Below are positions 16,783 to 24,553 of a stretch of DNA of 64,000 nt, one piece after another (positions within the stretch are counted from its first letter, which is position 1; every line of letters begins with the position of its first letter). The DNA comes from Sphingomonadales bacterium (GTDB lineage Bacteria; Pseudomonadota; Alphaproteobacteria; Sphingomonadales; Sphingomonadaceae): contig JAIXUQ010000108.1 in assembly GCA_027483465.1 (NCBI GenBank), forward strand, positions 49,178 to 113,177, in the 5' to 3' direction. The position numbers and the translations under genes were made by a program. Under the pieces are notes generated by a model. That model saw only the letters and a program-made list of their open reading frames with translations. It was not told the origin of the DNA and did no database searches.

Positions 16783-17142
16783 CTATCGGGTCGATCGACT
16801 AGAACTATTGGCGACTGCTGGCTGGCAATGGCCGGCATATCTTGCACCATCCAAGACTTCGGCGCCTCGCCGGCCGGGGCGAGGTGCCAAGGCGGTCAGA
16901 TCGTCACCATTGTTGAGCTGCTTGCCGTTTGTTCTTACATTGAAGCCAGGATCGTGGAGCTTCAGCCTGAGATAGACCCGGCCGTCCGCCGAGGTAACGG
17001 CCCACGTTGCGCCATTCTCGACCTTGCCCACAAACACCCGGCGGCTCGAGCCGCGTCGTTGCTGCGTTCGCGTTCGGAGATGATGCTGACGCGCCAGCAC
17101 CGAAAGGATGACGATCTGGCCGCCGTTGTCGCGACCGTTCAT
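16783..17142 (-). CDS. DUF736-family protein (ICE/plasmid backbone gene), possibly damaged at both ends
   Basis: GGQIVILSV...RRVFVGKVENGATWAVTSADGRVYLRLKLHDPGF matches the DUF736 pattern I recall (G-x-I-x-TLSV...HRVFxG...GAAW...GRxYLxLKLDDPxF). The upstream in-frame codons read R-A-T-I-G-R-L-R. AGG sits where homologs have the ATG of MATIG. Confidence 0.5.
   Translation of the reverse strand: MNGRDNGGQIVILSVLARQHHLRTRTQQRRGSSRRVFVGKVENGATWAVTSADGRVYLRLKLHDPGFNVRTNGKQLNNGDDLTALAPRPGRRGAEVLDGARYAGHCQPAVANSSSRSTR
16839..16857. repeat. Palindrome copy 5, degenerate: ATCTTGCACCATCCAAGAC
   Basis: Read directly. 15 of 19 positions match the consensus. It lies 72 nt after the last mer-module gene and inside the 3' tail of the DUF736 ORF. 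It is followed by TTCGGCGCC. Confidence 0.75.
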
Positions 17143-17715
17143 CCTTAACCGACCGATGGTAGCCCTTCAATTGATCCTTTGCTGGGTTGATCGGGCCTGA
17201 TTGCGGTTTTGAAGGCGGTAAGAAAGTCGGACGCGGGGCGCGCTCAGCCGCAAGCCAATAGCAACGCGCAAGACGACAGGGTGCAGAGCTTGTTGTGCTG
17301 CAAAGAACATCTATCAACACATAGCGGTACCTGGCGGCAGGGTAATAAAGTCGAATCCTCGCCATTGAAAACCCGGCCCCATAAAGCGACGTTGGCTCGA
17401 CGGTACCAGCGATTGGAGGGAAAGCCGATCAGAAGGGACAGGACGAAGCGACACCCTTGAATGGGCTGGACAGGCCCGCAGCGAAGTCAGATGGATTTCG
17501 CACGCAGGCCTTGGTTGAAGGCACATTAGAGCGTTTTCCGATCAAGTTGGGTCATCGGCACGGGAGCGATTTTGGTTCGGGGCAAGAAGCGAGGAGGGCG
17601 CGATGCTGTTTACATCGTAACCGACAAGCGACGCGGCCCTGAACCAAAATCACCCCGCCCCGAAAGGGGTCGCCCGCAGGGCGATGAGGGTGATCCAAAT
17701 TGGTCGGAAAGCGCT

Positions 17716-17988
17716 CTAGCGAGGGCCCTTTGCTTGAAGTTTGCTTGGAATCGAGACATGCCTAAAGCGAAGTTCGGCCAGTGCCTTGGCCCGGTCGTCA
17801 CGATCGGCTGCGCAGCTTTGCAGCCAGCCCTCGATATCGCTGGGCAGCCAGCGGATGCCCCCACCGCCGATCTTGATGGGTGGCGGGAACTGGCCACGCC
17901 GTTGCCAGCGCGCCAGCGTTTCGCGTGAGCCGATGCCAATAAGCGCCATCACATCGCGCTGGGTGAGAAGGCATTGTTGTTCAGCCAT
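17716..17988 (-). CDS. alpA: AlpA-family phage/island regulatory protein (excisionase-like HTH)
   Basis: 90 aa. LLTQRDVMALIGIGSRETLARWQRRGQFPPPIKIGGGGIRWLPSDIEGWL is the typical AlpA/Xis-type HTH with the R-W-x3-(D/E)-(I/V)-x2-W ending. Confidence 0.75.
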   Translation of the reverse strand: MAEQQCLLTQRDVMALIGIGSRETLARWQRRGQFPPPIKIGGGGIRWLPSDIEGWLQSCAADRDDRAKALAELRFRHVSIPSKLQAKGPR

Positions 17989-18084
17989 GATCCCGTCCTC
18001 TGTAGACAGAATGGACGGGAAGACTGACAGAAGAGACGGGTCAAGTCCCGTTTACGCGCCGCAAATCAGCCGCAAAAGGTCTTG

Positions 18085-19044
18085 CTAAGCATCATCCGGG
18101 ACTGCGATCTTCTTCAATGACTCAGAAAAATTTGGGTACCGCCCTGTGAAGGCTTGTTCCATCCAGGTCACGCTGTCAGTTCCGCGCAAGCCCAGCTTTG
18201 GCCCGTGCGGTTCTGATGACTGTCGGCGATAGCTGAGGGCGATCCGCTCCACCGGCTTGGTTCCGTAGGCGGCGGGATTGAGCATCAGCGCCTCGCCGCA
18301 AGTTGCCAGTAAAAAGTCGCAGGCCGCATCAACCAGAACTTTGGGTGATTGATGGCACAGGCCAAGACGCAACAGATCATTGGCTGTCATCATCGCATCG
18401 AATTTCATCATGCTGGCGGTATTGGCATCGATGTTGCCCAGCACCTGTCGAAGCGCCTTTGCAAGCGCCTCGGGCGGAAGCCCAAGGCAACGGTCCGCCC
18501 ATTTGGGAAAGGCCGTCTTCAGCGGATGGTGCCCAACTTGTACCTCGATGGCTGGAGTCGCGCCTGGGCGCCATGAAAACAGCGCCAAAACCTGCACATC
18601 GGGGTCAGACGACAGCAGCAAGGCACCGAACGGACGACAGATCACATCGGTTGACAGGTCAGACCAACCGTCAGCCTCGCTCCACTTGATCCGCATGCGT
18701 TTTTGCGAACTGCGCAGTTCGGCTAGAAGTTCGGTTGCAGCCGGCGGCATGTCTACCATCGGTATCGGTTGGCCGATCAATGTCAGAATGCCGGTTTTGC
18801 CAAACCAGATCAGGCCGGTGCGGGCGGCACGCACCAACACAAGAGCGACAGCCGCCAACACCAGGGCGGTCGGAACCCGGACACCCAACGACAAGGGCGC
18901 CACGATTGCCGCCGTCGCAAGAGCAATGATCAGATTGTTCCAGAACCGCAAACGCCGTGCATAGGCGGCGAGTGCAGCAAATGCGGTGTCAACGTCAGCC
19001 GAAACTTGGTTGCCCAGCGCAGTGACGACCGGAACCCAGCGCAT
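18085..19044 (-). CDS. Hypothetical membrane protein (island cargo)
   Basis: 319-aa ORF starting 12 nt after the integrase stop. Two hydrophobic helices lie near the N-terminus (NLIIALATAAIVAPLSLGV, ALVLAAVALVLV). No motif recognised. Confidence 0.5.
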   Translation of the reverse strand: MRWVPVVTALGNQVSADVDTAFAALAAYARRLRFWNNLIIALATAAIVAPLSLGVRVPTALVLAAVALVLVRAARTGLIWFGKTGILTLIGQPIPMVDMPPAATELLAELRSSQKRMRIKWSEADGWSDLSTDVICRPFGALLLSSDPDVQVLALFSWRPGATPAIEVQVGHHPLKTAFPKWADRCLGLPPEALAKALRQVLGNIDANTASMMKFDAMMTANDLLRLGLCHQSPKVLVDAACDFLLATCGEALMLNPAAYGTKPVERIALSYRRQSSEPHGPKLGLRGTDSVTWMEQAFTGRYPNFSESLKKIAVPDDA

Positions 19045-19055
19045 GGTTCCTGCAC

Positions 19056-20327
19056 CTAATTCCGCCTGCGACCGGGTGTCGCCTTCGGCGATCGAAGCGG
19101 CACCACATTGCTGTTCGCGGCGGCTGTCGCTGGCCTTTCACGGCGTGCCTCCAATTGCTCAACAACCGGCGGTTCTGCTTCGCCCGCCACGAATGCTGCC
19201 CAATCCTCGATCATCGCCCGACGCAGCGCCAACTGACCGTCGCGGCCATAGGGCGCGCGGGACTGGTTGCTGTCGACGTGGGCCAGCTGGAACTCCGACA
19301 GATAATCCTCCCAGCGCGCGGCGCGAGACCAGTCCTTGAAGCTGGATCGGAAACCGTGCGCCGTGGCCGCATACCCCATCGCCTTTATCGCACTGGTCTT
19401 GGTGTTGTCACTGATCGGGCCGAGACCGCGGTCGCCAGGGAAGACGTATGGGCTCTTGTCCTTGCGCCAGCCTTTGGCAAAATCGAGCAGTTCGATGGCG
19501 CGCGGTGGCAGCGGTACGACATGATCGCGGCGCATCTTCATCTTGTCGGCAGGGATCCGCCACGTAGCGCTGTCGAAGTCGATCTCGTCCCACGTCATGA
19601 AGCGGATGTTGCCCGGCCTGCTGGCGGTAAGCACGGTCAGCTCAATGGCAGCACGAACCTTGGAGCTGGCTTTGGCCATGGCCAGCGTCTTCATAAACGC
19701 CGGCACGTCCGTGTAGTGCACCGCCTTCATGTGGGTGACCTCGTCGGTCTGGCGCGGCAGCGCGCGAGTCACCAGCTTGAAGTTGATGCCGTCCTCGCGG
19801 ATGTCTTCGCCCACCGCCCAGTCGATCACCGCCTCGATGCGCTGCTTCACCCGGCGCGCAGTCTCCGGCAACTTCAGCCAGATGGGTGCCAGTGCCGCCA
19901 CAACATCACTGCGCGTAACTTCGGCCACCGGCTTCCTGCCGAACACCGGGAACACGTGGGTTCGCAGCGTCGATATCCATTGATCCTGATGCTTGCCGTT
20001 CGACCAGCTTGCCAGCCGGGCCCGGTGCGCGCGCTCAGCTGCATCGGCGAAGCTGATATTGTCCTTCGCCTCGCTGTGCCGCTCCTCCACCGGGTCGATG
20101 CCCTGTCGCAGCTTGAGGCGCGCCGCCATCGCCAGCTCGCGCGCGTCGCGCAGTGACAAAAGCCGTTCCGCCCCGAGCGACAGGTCACGACGCCGTCCGC
20201 TATGGGTGTAACGGAAATACCAGTAACGCCGGCCACCAGAATCAACGACCAGCATCAGCCCGTCGCCGTCACTGTAGCGGCCCGGCTCGGTCAGACCGGC
20301 AATGGCCTTGGTGGTAAGTTTACCCAC
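19056..20327 (-). CDS. Tyrosine site-specific integrase, P4-like (DUF4102 N-terminal arm-binding domain)
   Basis: 423 aa. The N-terminal LTTKAIAGLTEPGRYSDGDGLMLVV...RRYWYFRY is the DUF4102-type start. The C-terminal catalytic region has HGFRSSFKDW and ...LAHVDSNQSRAPYGR (His/Arg/Tyr). It lies adjacent to a tRNA 3' end. Confidence 0.9.
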   Translation of the reverse strand: MGKLTTKAIAGLTEPGRYSDGDGLMLVVDSGGRRYWYFRYTHSGRRRDLSLGAERLLSLRDARELAMAARLKLRQGIDPVEERHSEAKDNISFADAAERAHRARLASWSNGKHQDQWISTLRTHVFPVFGRKPVAEVTRSDVVAALAPIWLKLPETARRVKQRIEAVIDWAVGEDIREDGINFKLVTRALPRQTDEVTHMKAVHYTDVPAFMKTLAMAKASSKVRAAIELTVLTASRPGNIRFMTWDEIDFDSATWRIPADKMKMRRDHVVPLPPRAIELLDFAKGWRKDKSPYVFPGDRGLGPISDNTKTSAIKAMGYAATAHGFRSSFKDWSRAARWEDYLSEFQLAHVDSNQSRAPYGRDGQLALRRAMIEDWAAFVAGEAEPPVVEQLEARRERPATAAANSNVVPLRSPKATPGRRRN

Positions 20328-20493
20328 AGCAGCCTCCTGAATGCCCGTTCCCCCACAATTTCACCCACACTAGGACGAGTCTTGGAGAGACACGGTCTGA
20401 CCTGATGAGGCCATAGGCCGCCTATTCATGCAAGCATTTTCAGTGTGTTGAAGGCAGGATGAGGCTTGGGGAGACGCCCTGATACAGGGCAAT

Positions 20494-20584
20494 TGGCGGA
20501 GCGGGAGGGATTCGAACCCTCGATGAGCTTTTGACCCATACACACTTTCCAGGCGTGCGCCTTCGACCACTCGGCCACCGCTCC
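20494..20584 (-). tRNA. tRNA-Ser (anticodon GGA), CCA encoded
   Basis: The reverse complement folds by hand. The acceptor stem is GGAGCGG/CCGCTCC. The D arm is GCCG...GGCG. The anticodon stem CACGC/GTGTG closes the loop CTGGAAA. A long variable arm (TATGGGTCAAAAGCTCATC) is present. The T arm is GAGGG-TTCGAAT-CCCTC, followed by GCCA. Confidence 0.9.
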
Positions 20585-20643
20585 GCGCTCTGGAAGGGCG
20601 GCGATAGCAAGGGTGGGGCGGGGCGGCAAGGCGGGGGGTGCAG

Positions 20644-20676
20644 AAAAAAATGGGGCGGTGCTGCGCGCACCGCCCC
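20644..20676 (-). terminator. Rho-independent terminator downstream of the flagellin gene
   Basis: On the minus strand a 10-bp GC stem (GGGGCGGTGC / GCACCGCCCC), formed by 20652-20661 pairing with 20667-20676 around a 5-nt loop, is followed by TTTTTTT (complement of 20644-20650). It lies 35 nt after the flagellin stop. Confidence 0.75.
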
Positions 20677-20710
20677 ACTCCCGGCCCTCCCGAGCCTGTT
20701 CACATCAGGA

Positions 20711-22906
20711 TTACTGCAGCAGCTGGGTGACCTGCTGGGCCGACTGGTTGGCCCGGGCCAGCATCGCCTGTGCGGCCTGGCCAAGCACCTGGTTCTTCGA
20801 CAGGTTGGTCGATTCCGCCGCAAAGTCGGTGTCCTGGATCCGGCTGCGCGAGGCCTGCAGGTTGGTGCTGTTGGACGACAGGTTGTTCACCGCCGCTTCC
20901 AGCCGGTTCTGCACGGCACCGATCTTGGCGCGGTCCAGGTTCACGCTGCCCAGCGCCTCGTCGATGGCGGTCAGCGCGGCGTTGGCGCCGTCAACGGTGC
21001 TGATGTCCACCTCGGAAATGCGCAGGCCGCCTTCCTTGGCACCATAGCTGTTTTCCTCGAAGCCGAGGTTGGTGAAGTTCGACGCGGTGCCGAAGGCCTG
21101 GCTGCCGGCGCGCACATCGATGGCGGTGGCCGATTCCAGCCGCACCGTCGAATAGGCCGTCTGCACCGCCGAGGCCGACAGGTCGAGCGGATCGGCCACG
21201 CCCACCGCGGTGTAGCTGGTGCCGGTGCCGTTGATGGTGGCGCCGGCCAGGCCGAAGTTGGCCGCCGTGGCTTCCGCCGTGTCGAAATAGACGAACATGT
21301 TGCGCCCGTCCTCGGCGGTGAGATCGAGCCCGCCCAGGCCATTGTCCTTGGCGGTCACGCCGGTGAGACCGGAGCGCAGGTTGATTTCACGGGCGACATT
21401 GTCGCGGGTCTGCTGGGCGCTGTCGGTGGCCGACAGGGTGACATCGAAGGTGATGCCGTTGATGCCCAGGGTGGCCGCAGCGGTGGTGCCGATCACCGTG
21501 GTGGTGGTCGAACGGATGGTCAGCGCGTTGGCCTTGGCGGTCACGCCGGTCTGTTCGCTGCTGGCGTTGATGGCGTTGGCAATGGCGATGGCGCTGCCGG
21601 TGCGCACCGAGGACGGGGCCACGGCTGAGCTGGCGGTGTCGTCGGCGGTGGTGGCGGCGCGGATGGCAACGCCGTTGATGGCCAGGTCACCATTGTTCAG
21701 GCTGCGGGCCGTCGCGGCACCGGTGGCCACGGCACGGGCATCGCTGGACACGGTGGAGATGCCGCGTTCATAGGTGCCGGCCGCCAGACCCGAGCGCGAC
21801 AGGCGCGCGGTGGACGACGAGGCCGAGCTGATCTCGATCGGGCGGCCGTTGGTGCTTTCCAGGCTGAACGTGCCCGATTGGATGCCCACGCGCAGGCCGG
21901 TGCTGGCCGCGGTCAGCGTGTTGCCCAGCGCCACTTCGATGTTGCGGCCGTCAGCGGCTTCCAGTCGGATGCCGCCGTTGGCATCGCCGGTGTCAAACGC
22001 GGTCACGCCGGTCTGGCCCGAAATCGCGTTGATGGCATCGCGCACCAGGCGGCGGCTGTCGGAGGCGACAGCGGTGGTGGCGACGTTGCTGGTGGCCACG
22101 CCGTTGATGGTGATGGTGCCATCGGTGGCGGCGGCGGTCATCGCCGAACCGTTCATCACGGTCTTGCCCACCACGGCGCGCACGCCGGTCTGATCCGCCA
22201 CGCGGTTGATGGCGGCGGCCTTGGCGCTGGCCGAAGCGGCCTTGGCCGACAGCGAATTGTCATCATCGGTGGTGGTGGTGGCGCCCACGGCAATGCCGTT
22301 GATCACCAGGTCACCGCCCTGCAGCGACTGGTTGGTGGTGAGGGTGGCGGCATCGGCGGCAAAGGCGCCGGTGGCCGACAGCGCCGGGCTGGAACCCAGG
22401 CCCAGATCGCGGGCGCGGGTGGAACCCAGGCTGAAGCCGATGCTTTCGCCGGCGCGGCTGCCGGTTTGCAGGCGGACATTCTTGGCCGAACCATCAAGCA
22501 GGCTGCGGCCGTTGAAGTTGGTGCGCACGCCGATATTGTCGATTTCGCCCACCAGCTGGCCCACTTCGGCCTGCAGGGCGGTGCGGTCAACCGCGGTCAG
22601 CGTGCCGTTGGCCGACTGCACGGCCAGTTCGCGCATGCGCTGCAGCATGTTGGTGACTTCGCCCATGGCGCTTTCCGCCGTCTGCGCCATGCTGATGCCG
22701 TCGTTGGCGTTGCGCATGGCCACGGCCAGGCCGCGCACATCGGCGGTCATCTTCTGGCTGATGGCCAGGCCGGCGGCGTCGTCCTTGGCGCTGTTGATGC
22801 GCAGGCCGGTCGACAGCCGCTGCATCGCAGTGCCCATTGCATTGTTGGCGGTGCGCTGCGCATTCTGGGCGGTCAGCGCGCTGATGTTGGTGTTGATCAC
22901 AGTCAT
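20711..22906 (-). CDS. fliC: Flagellin, 731 aa, with an enlarged repeat-containing central domain
   Basis: The N-terminus MTVINTNISALTAQNAQRTANNAMGTAMQRLSTGLRINSAKDDAAGLAIS and the C-terminus ...QNRLEAAVNNLSSNSTNLQASRSRIQDTDFAAESTNLSKNQVLGQAAQAMLARANQSAQQVTQLLQ are canonical flagellin D0/D1. GGGAG lies before ATG 22906. The ORF-track extension to 23209 is not supported. Confidence 0.92.
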   Translation of the reverse strand: MTVINTNISALTAQNAQRTANNAMGTAMQRLSTGLRINSAKDDAAGLAISQKMTADVRGLAVAMRNANDGISMAQTAESAMGEVTNMLQRMRELAVQSANGTLTAVDRTALQAEVGQLVGEIDNIGVRTNFNGRSLLDGSAKNVRLQTGSRAGESIGFSLGSTRARDLGLGSSPALSATGAFAADAATLTTNQSLQGGDLVINGIAVGATTTTDDDNSLSAKAASASAKAAAINRVADQTGVRAVVGKTVMNGSAMTAAATDGTITINGVATSNVATTAVASDSRRLVRDAINAISGQTGVTAFDTGDANGGIRLEAADGRNIEVALGNTLTAASTGLRVGIQSGTFSLESTNGRPIEISSASSSTARLSRSGLAAGTYERGISTVSSDARAVATGAATARSLNNGDLAINGVAIRAATTADDTASSAVAPSSVRTGSAIAIANAINASSEQTGVTAKANALTIRSTTTTVIGTTAAATLGINGITFDVTLSATDSAQQTRDNVAREINLRSGLTGVTAKDNGLGGLDLTAEDGRNMFVYFDTAEATAANFGLAGATINGTGTSYTAVGVADPLDLSASAVQTAYSTVRLESATAIDVRAGSQAFGTASNFTNLGFEENSYGAKEGGLRISEVDISTVDGANAALTAIDEALGSVNLDRAKIGAVQNRLEAAVNNLSSNSTNLQASRSRIQDTDFAAESTNLSKNQVLGQAAQAMLARANQSAQQVTQLLQ

Positions 22907-22956
22907 CTGGGATACTCCCGCTTCCCGCCGCCGCAGGGTTGCGGGGCGCTGCACTG

Positions 22957-22985
22957 GAAACGGCACGCGGTGAAAATTGCTTAAA
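22957..22985 (-). promoter_or_regulatory. Possible sigma-28 (FliA)-type promoter for the flagellin gene
   Basis: The minus strand reads TTTAAG-n15-GCCGTTTC, compared with the enterobacterial consensus TAAA-n15-GCCGATAA. It ends 50 nt upstream of the ATG. This is a weak match and the consensus may differ in this lineage. Confidence 0.3.
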
Positions 22986-23711
22986 CACGTTGCCACTGAT
23001 GGTGATGGAGCCAATGATTTGAACGGGTTGGATGTGATCTGGGCCAGCCGGGACGTGGTGGTGATCAACAAGCCGGCCGGGCTTGTCGTGCACCCGGGGC
23101 CGCGCACGCCGCACAGTCTGGAGGCCTTGCTGCCCACGCTGGCCATCGGCGGCTTCGTGCCGGTGGCGGCGCACCGGCTGGATCGCGACACCTCGGGCTG
23201 CCTGGCCATCGCCCGCAGCCGCCGCGGCGCGCGCTGGCTGGCGGCGGCCTTTGCCGGCGGCGGGGCGGAAAAATGCTATTGGGCCATCCTCACCGCCCTG
23301 CCCGCCCAGCCGCAGGGCCGGGTGGTGGCGCCGTTGGCCAAGATTTCCAGCGCGGCGGCCGGCTGGCGCATGGTGGTTGACCCGGCCGGCAAGCCGGCGG
23401 CCACCGGCTGGCGCGTGCTGGATGCCGCCAGCCGGCTGGTGGAATTCCGGCCCGAAACCGGCCGCACCCACCAGATCCGCGTGCACGCCGCCCATATCGG
23501 CTGCCCGATTGCCGGCGATCCGGTCTATGGCAATGGCGTGGCGGACAGGGGCAGTCCGGGGGCGCCCATGCGCCTGCATGCCCGCAGCCTCGTCATCCCC
23601 CTGCCCGATGGCAGCGCGATCAGGGCGCTGGCGGATCCGCCGTCGGGCTGGCCGGCCCCGCCCGCCCCTCGGAACTGCGGACCTGCGAACTGCGGCCCTG
23701 AAATCCGATGA
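22977..23711 (+). CDS. RluA-family pseudouridine synthase
   Basis: VVVINKPAGLVVHPG, the catalytic HRLDRDTSG and GRTHQIRVH are RluA-family hallmarks. The real start is probably TTG 23019 (GGAG 8 nt upstream) rather than TTG 22977. Confidence 0.8.
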   Translation: MLKHVATDGDGANDLNGLDVIWASRDVVVINKPAGLVVHPGPRTPHSLEALLPTLAIGGFVPVAAHRLDRDTSGCLAIARSRRGARWLAAAFAGGGAEKCYWAILTALPAQPQGRVVAPLAKISSAAAGWRMVVDPAGKPAATGWRVLDAASRLVEFRPETGRTHQIRVHAAHIGCPIAGDPVYGNGVADRGSPGAPMRLHARSLVIPLPDGSAIRALADPPSGWPAPPAPRNCGPANCGPEIR

Positions 23712-24516
23712 AGTCGCTGTAATTCTCGGCCAGCCGGGCCAGGCGCTGGTGAACAAGATCAGGCCCGATCTTTTGCACCACCCCGTCCACCAGCAGGTTG
23801 AGCAGCGAGGCCAGCGCGGTGTTCATGTCCCAGAAATGGCCCAGCGCCACTTCGGCGGTGAGGATATGGGCGGTGAGATCGCGCGCCCACGGGCAATAGG
23901 GATCGGTGATCACCACCAGCGGCCGGCCGGCGGCGGCCACGCGTTCGGCCAGCAGGCGGAACTGGCGGGAATAGCGGCGCACATCCACAGCCACGAACAC
24001 ATCATGCGGCCCGGCATCGATCAGTTCGGCATGGATGCCGGCCGCACTGTCGATGCCGAACACCTGCGGGCGCACATAGGCCAGATGGCGGGCAAAGCCG
24101 GCGGCCAGGCCAGCCTCGGTCTGGAATCCGGCCACGTGCACGGCCGGCGCGGTGGCCAGCAGCGCCACCACCGCGGCCCATTCGGCGGTTTCAGTCTGGG
24201 CATAGACGCCGGCGATGGCGGCGGTTTCGGCCTTCAGCCGGGCATCGGCACTGGGCGCCGGCCGGGTGAGCAGCCAGGGCGCGTCGCGCGCCTCCTCGCG
24301 CAGATCATCCTTCAGCGCCGACAGATTGTCATAGCCCAGGCTTTTCACCAGGCGCGCCACCGTCATCGCCGAAACGCCCACGCGCTGGCCGATAGAGGCG
24401 GCGGTTTCAAACGGCAATTGCGCCAGATTGTCGGCCATCCAGCCGGCGATCATCCGTTCGGAAACGGTGAGATGCTCATATCGTTCGCTCAGCCTTGTGG
24501 CGACGCGGGGGCTCAT
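23620..24516 (-). CDS. MurR/RpiR-family transcriptional regulator (HTH + SIS domain)
   Basis: 298 aa from ATG 24516. LTVSERMIAGWMADNL...ASIGQRVGVSAMTVARLVKSLGY is the RpiR HTH and is followed by a SIS-like region. The longer ORF to 25116 overlaps the acylase gene and was rejected. Confidence 0.8.
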   Translation of the reverse strand: MSPRVATRLSERYEHLTVSERMIAGWMADNLAQLPFETAASIGQRVGVSAMTVARLVKSLGYDNLSALKDDLREEARDAPWLLTRPAPSADARLKAETAAIAGVYAQTETAEWAAVVALLATAPAVHVAGFQTEAGLAAGFARHLAYVRPQVFGIDSAAGIHAELIDAGPHDVFVAVDVRRYSRQFRLLAERVAAAGRPLVVITDPYCPWARDLTAHILTAEVALGHFWDMNTALASLLNLLVDGVVQKIGPDLVHQRLARLAENYSDFIGFQGRSSQVRSSEGRAGPASPTADPPAP

Positions 24517-24553
24517 GTGATCGGGATAACATTGTGCCCACAGCGCGCAACCG

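Larger units (their letters stand above)
1..20493. mobile_element. Composite genomic island integrated at tRNA-Ser(GGA); the left end is not in the window
   Basis: The integrase gene lies 166 nt from the tRNA 3' end. AlpA and DUF736 backbone genes are present. Cargo comprises R-M/defence and As/Hg/metal modules. The 1-8 kb part is visibly more A/T-rich than the flanking core. I found no second copy of the tRNA 3' end inside the window, so the distal att site should lie upstream of base 1. Confidence 0.7.

Noticed and set aside
17341-17366. gtcgaatcctcgcc, faintly resembling a tRNA T-arm/acceptor end; considered as the distal att repeat
   Set aside because: It has only a short imperfect match and is in the wrong orientation relative to tRNA-Ser, so it cannot be a direct att repeat.
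20531-21628. 365-aa plus-strand ORF, plus others antisense to the flagellin gene (21878-22984, 22587-23756)
   Set aside because: They overlap the canonical flagellin frame or the tRNA, and their translations are G/R/A low-complexity.
23671-23700. Tandem 15-nt near-repeat GAACTGCGGACCTGC / GAACTGCGGCCCTGA in the 92-nt overlap of the convergent rluA-family and rpiR-family ORFs
   Set aside because: It has only two units and no hairpin. It most likely reflects both ORFs reading past their functional ends into a GC-rich spacer.
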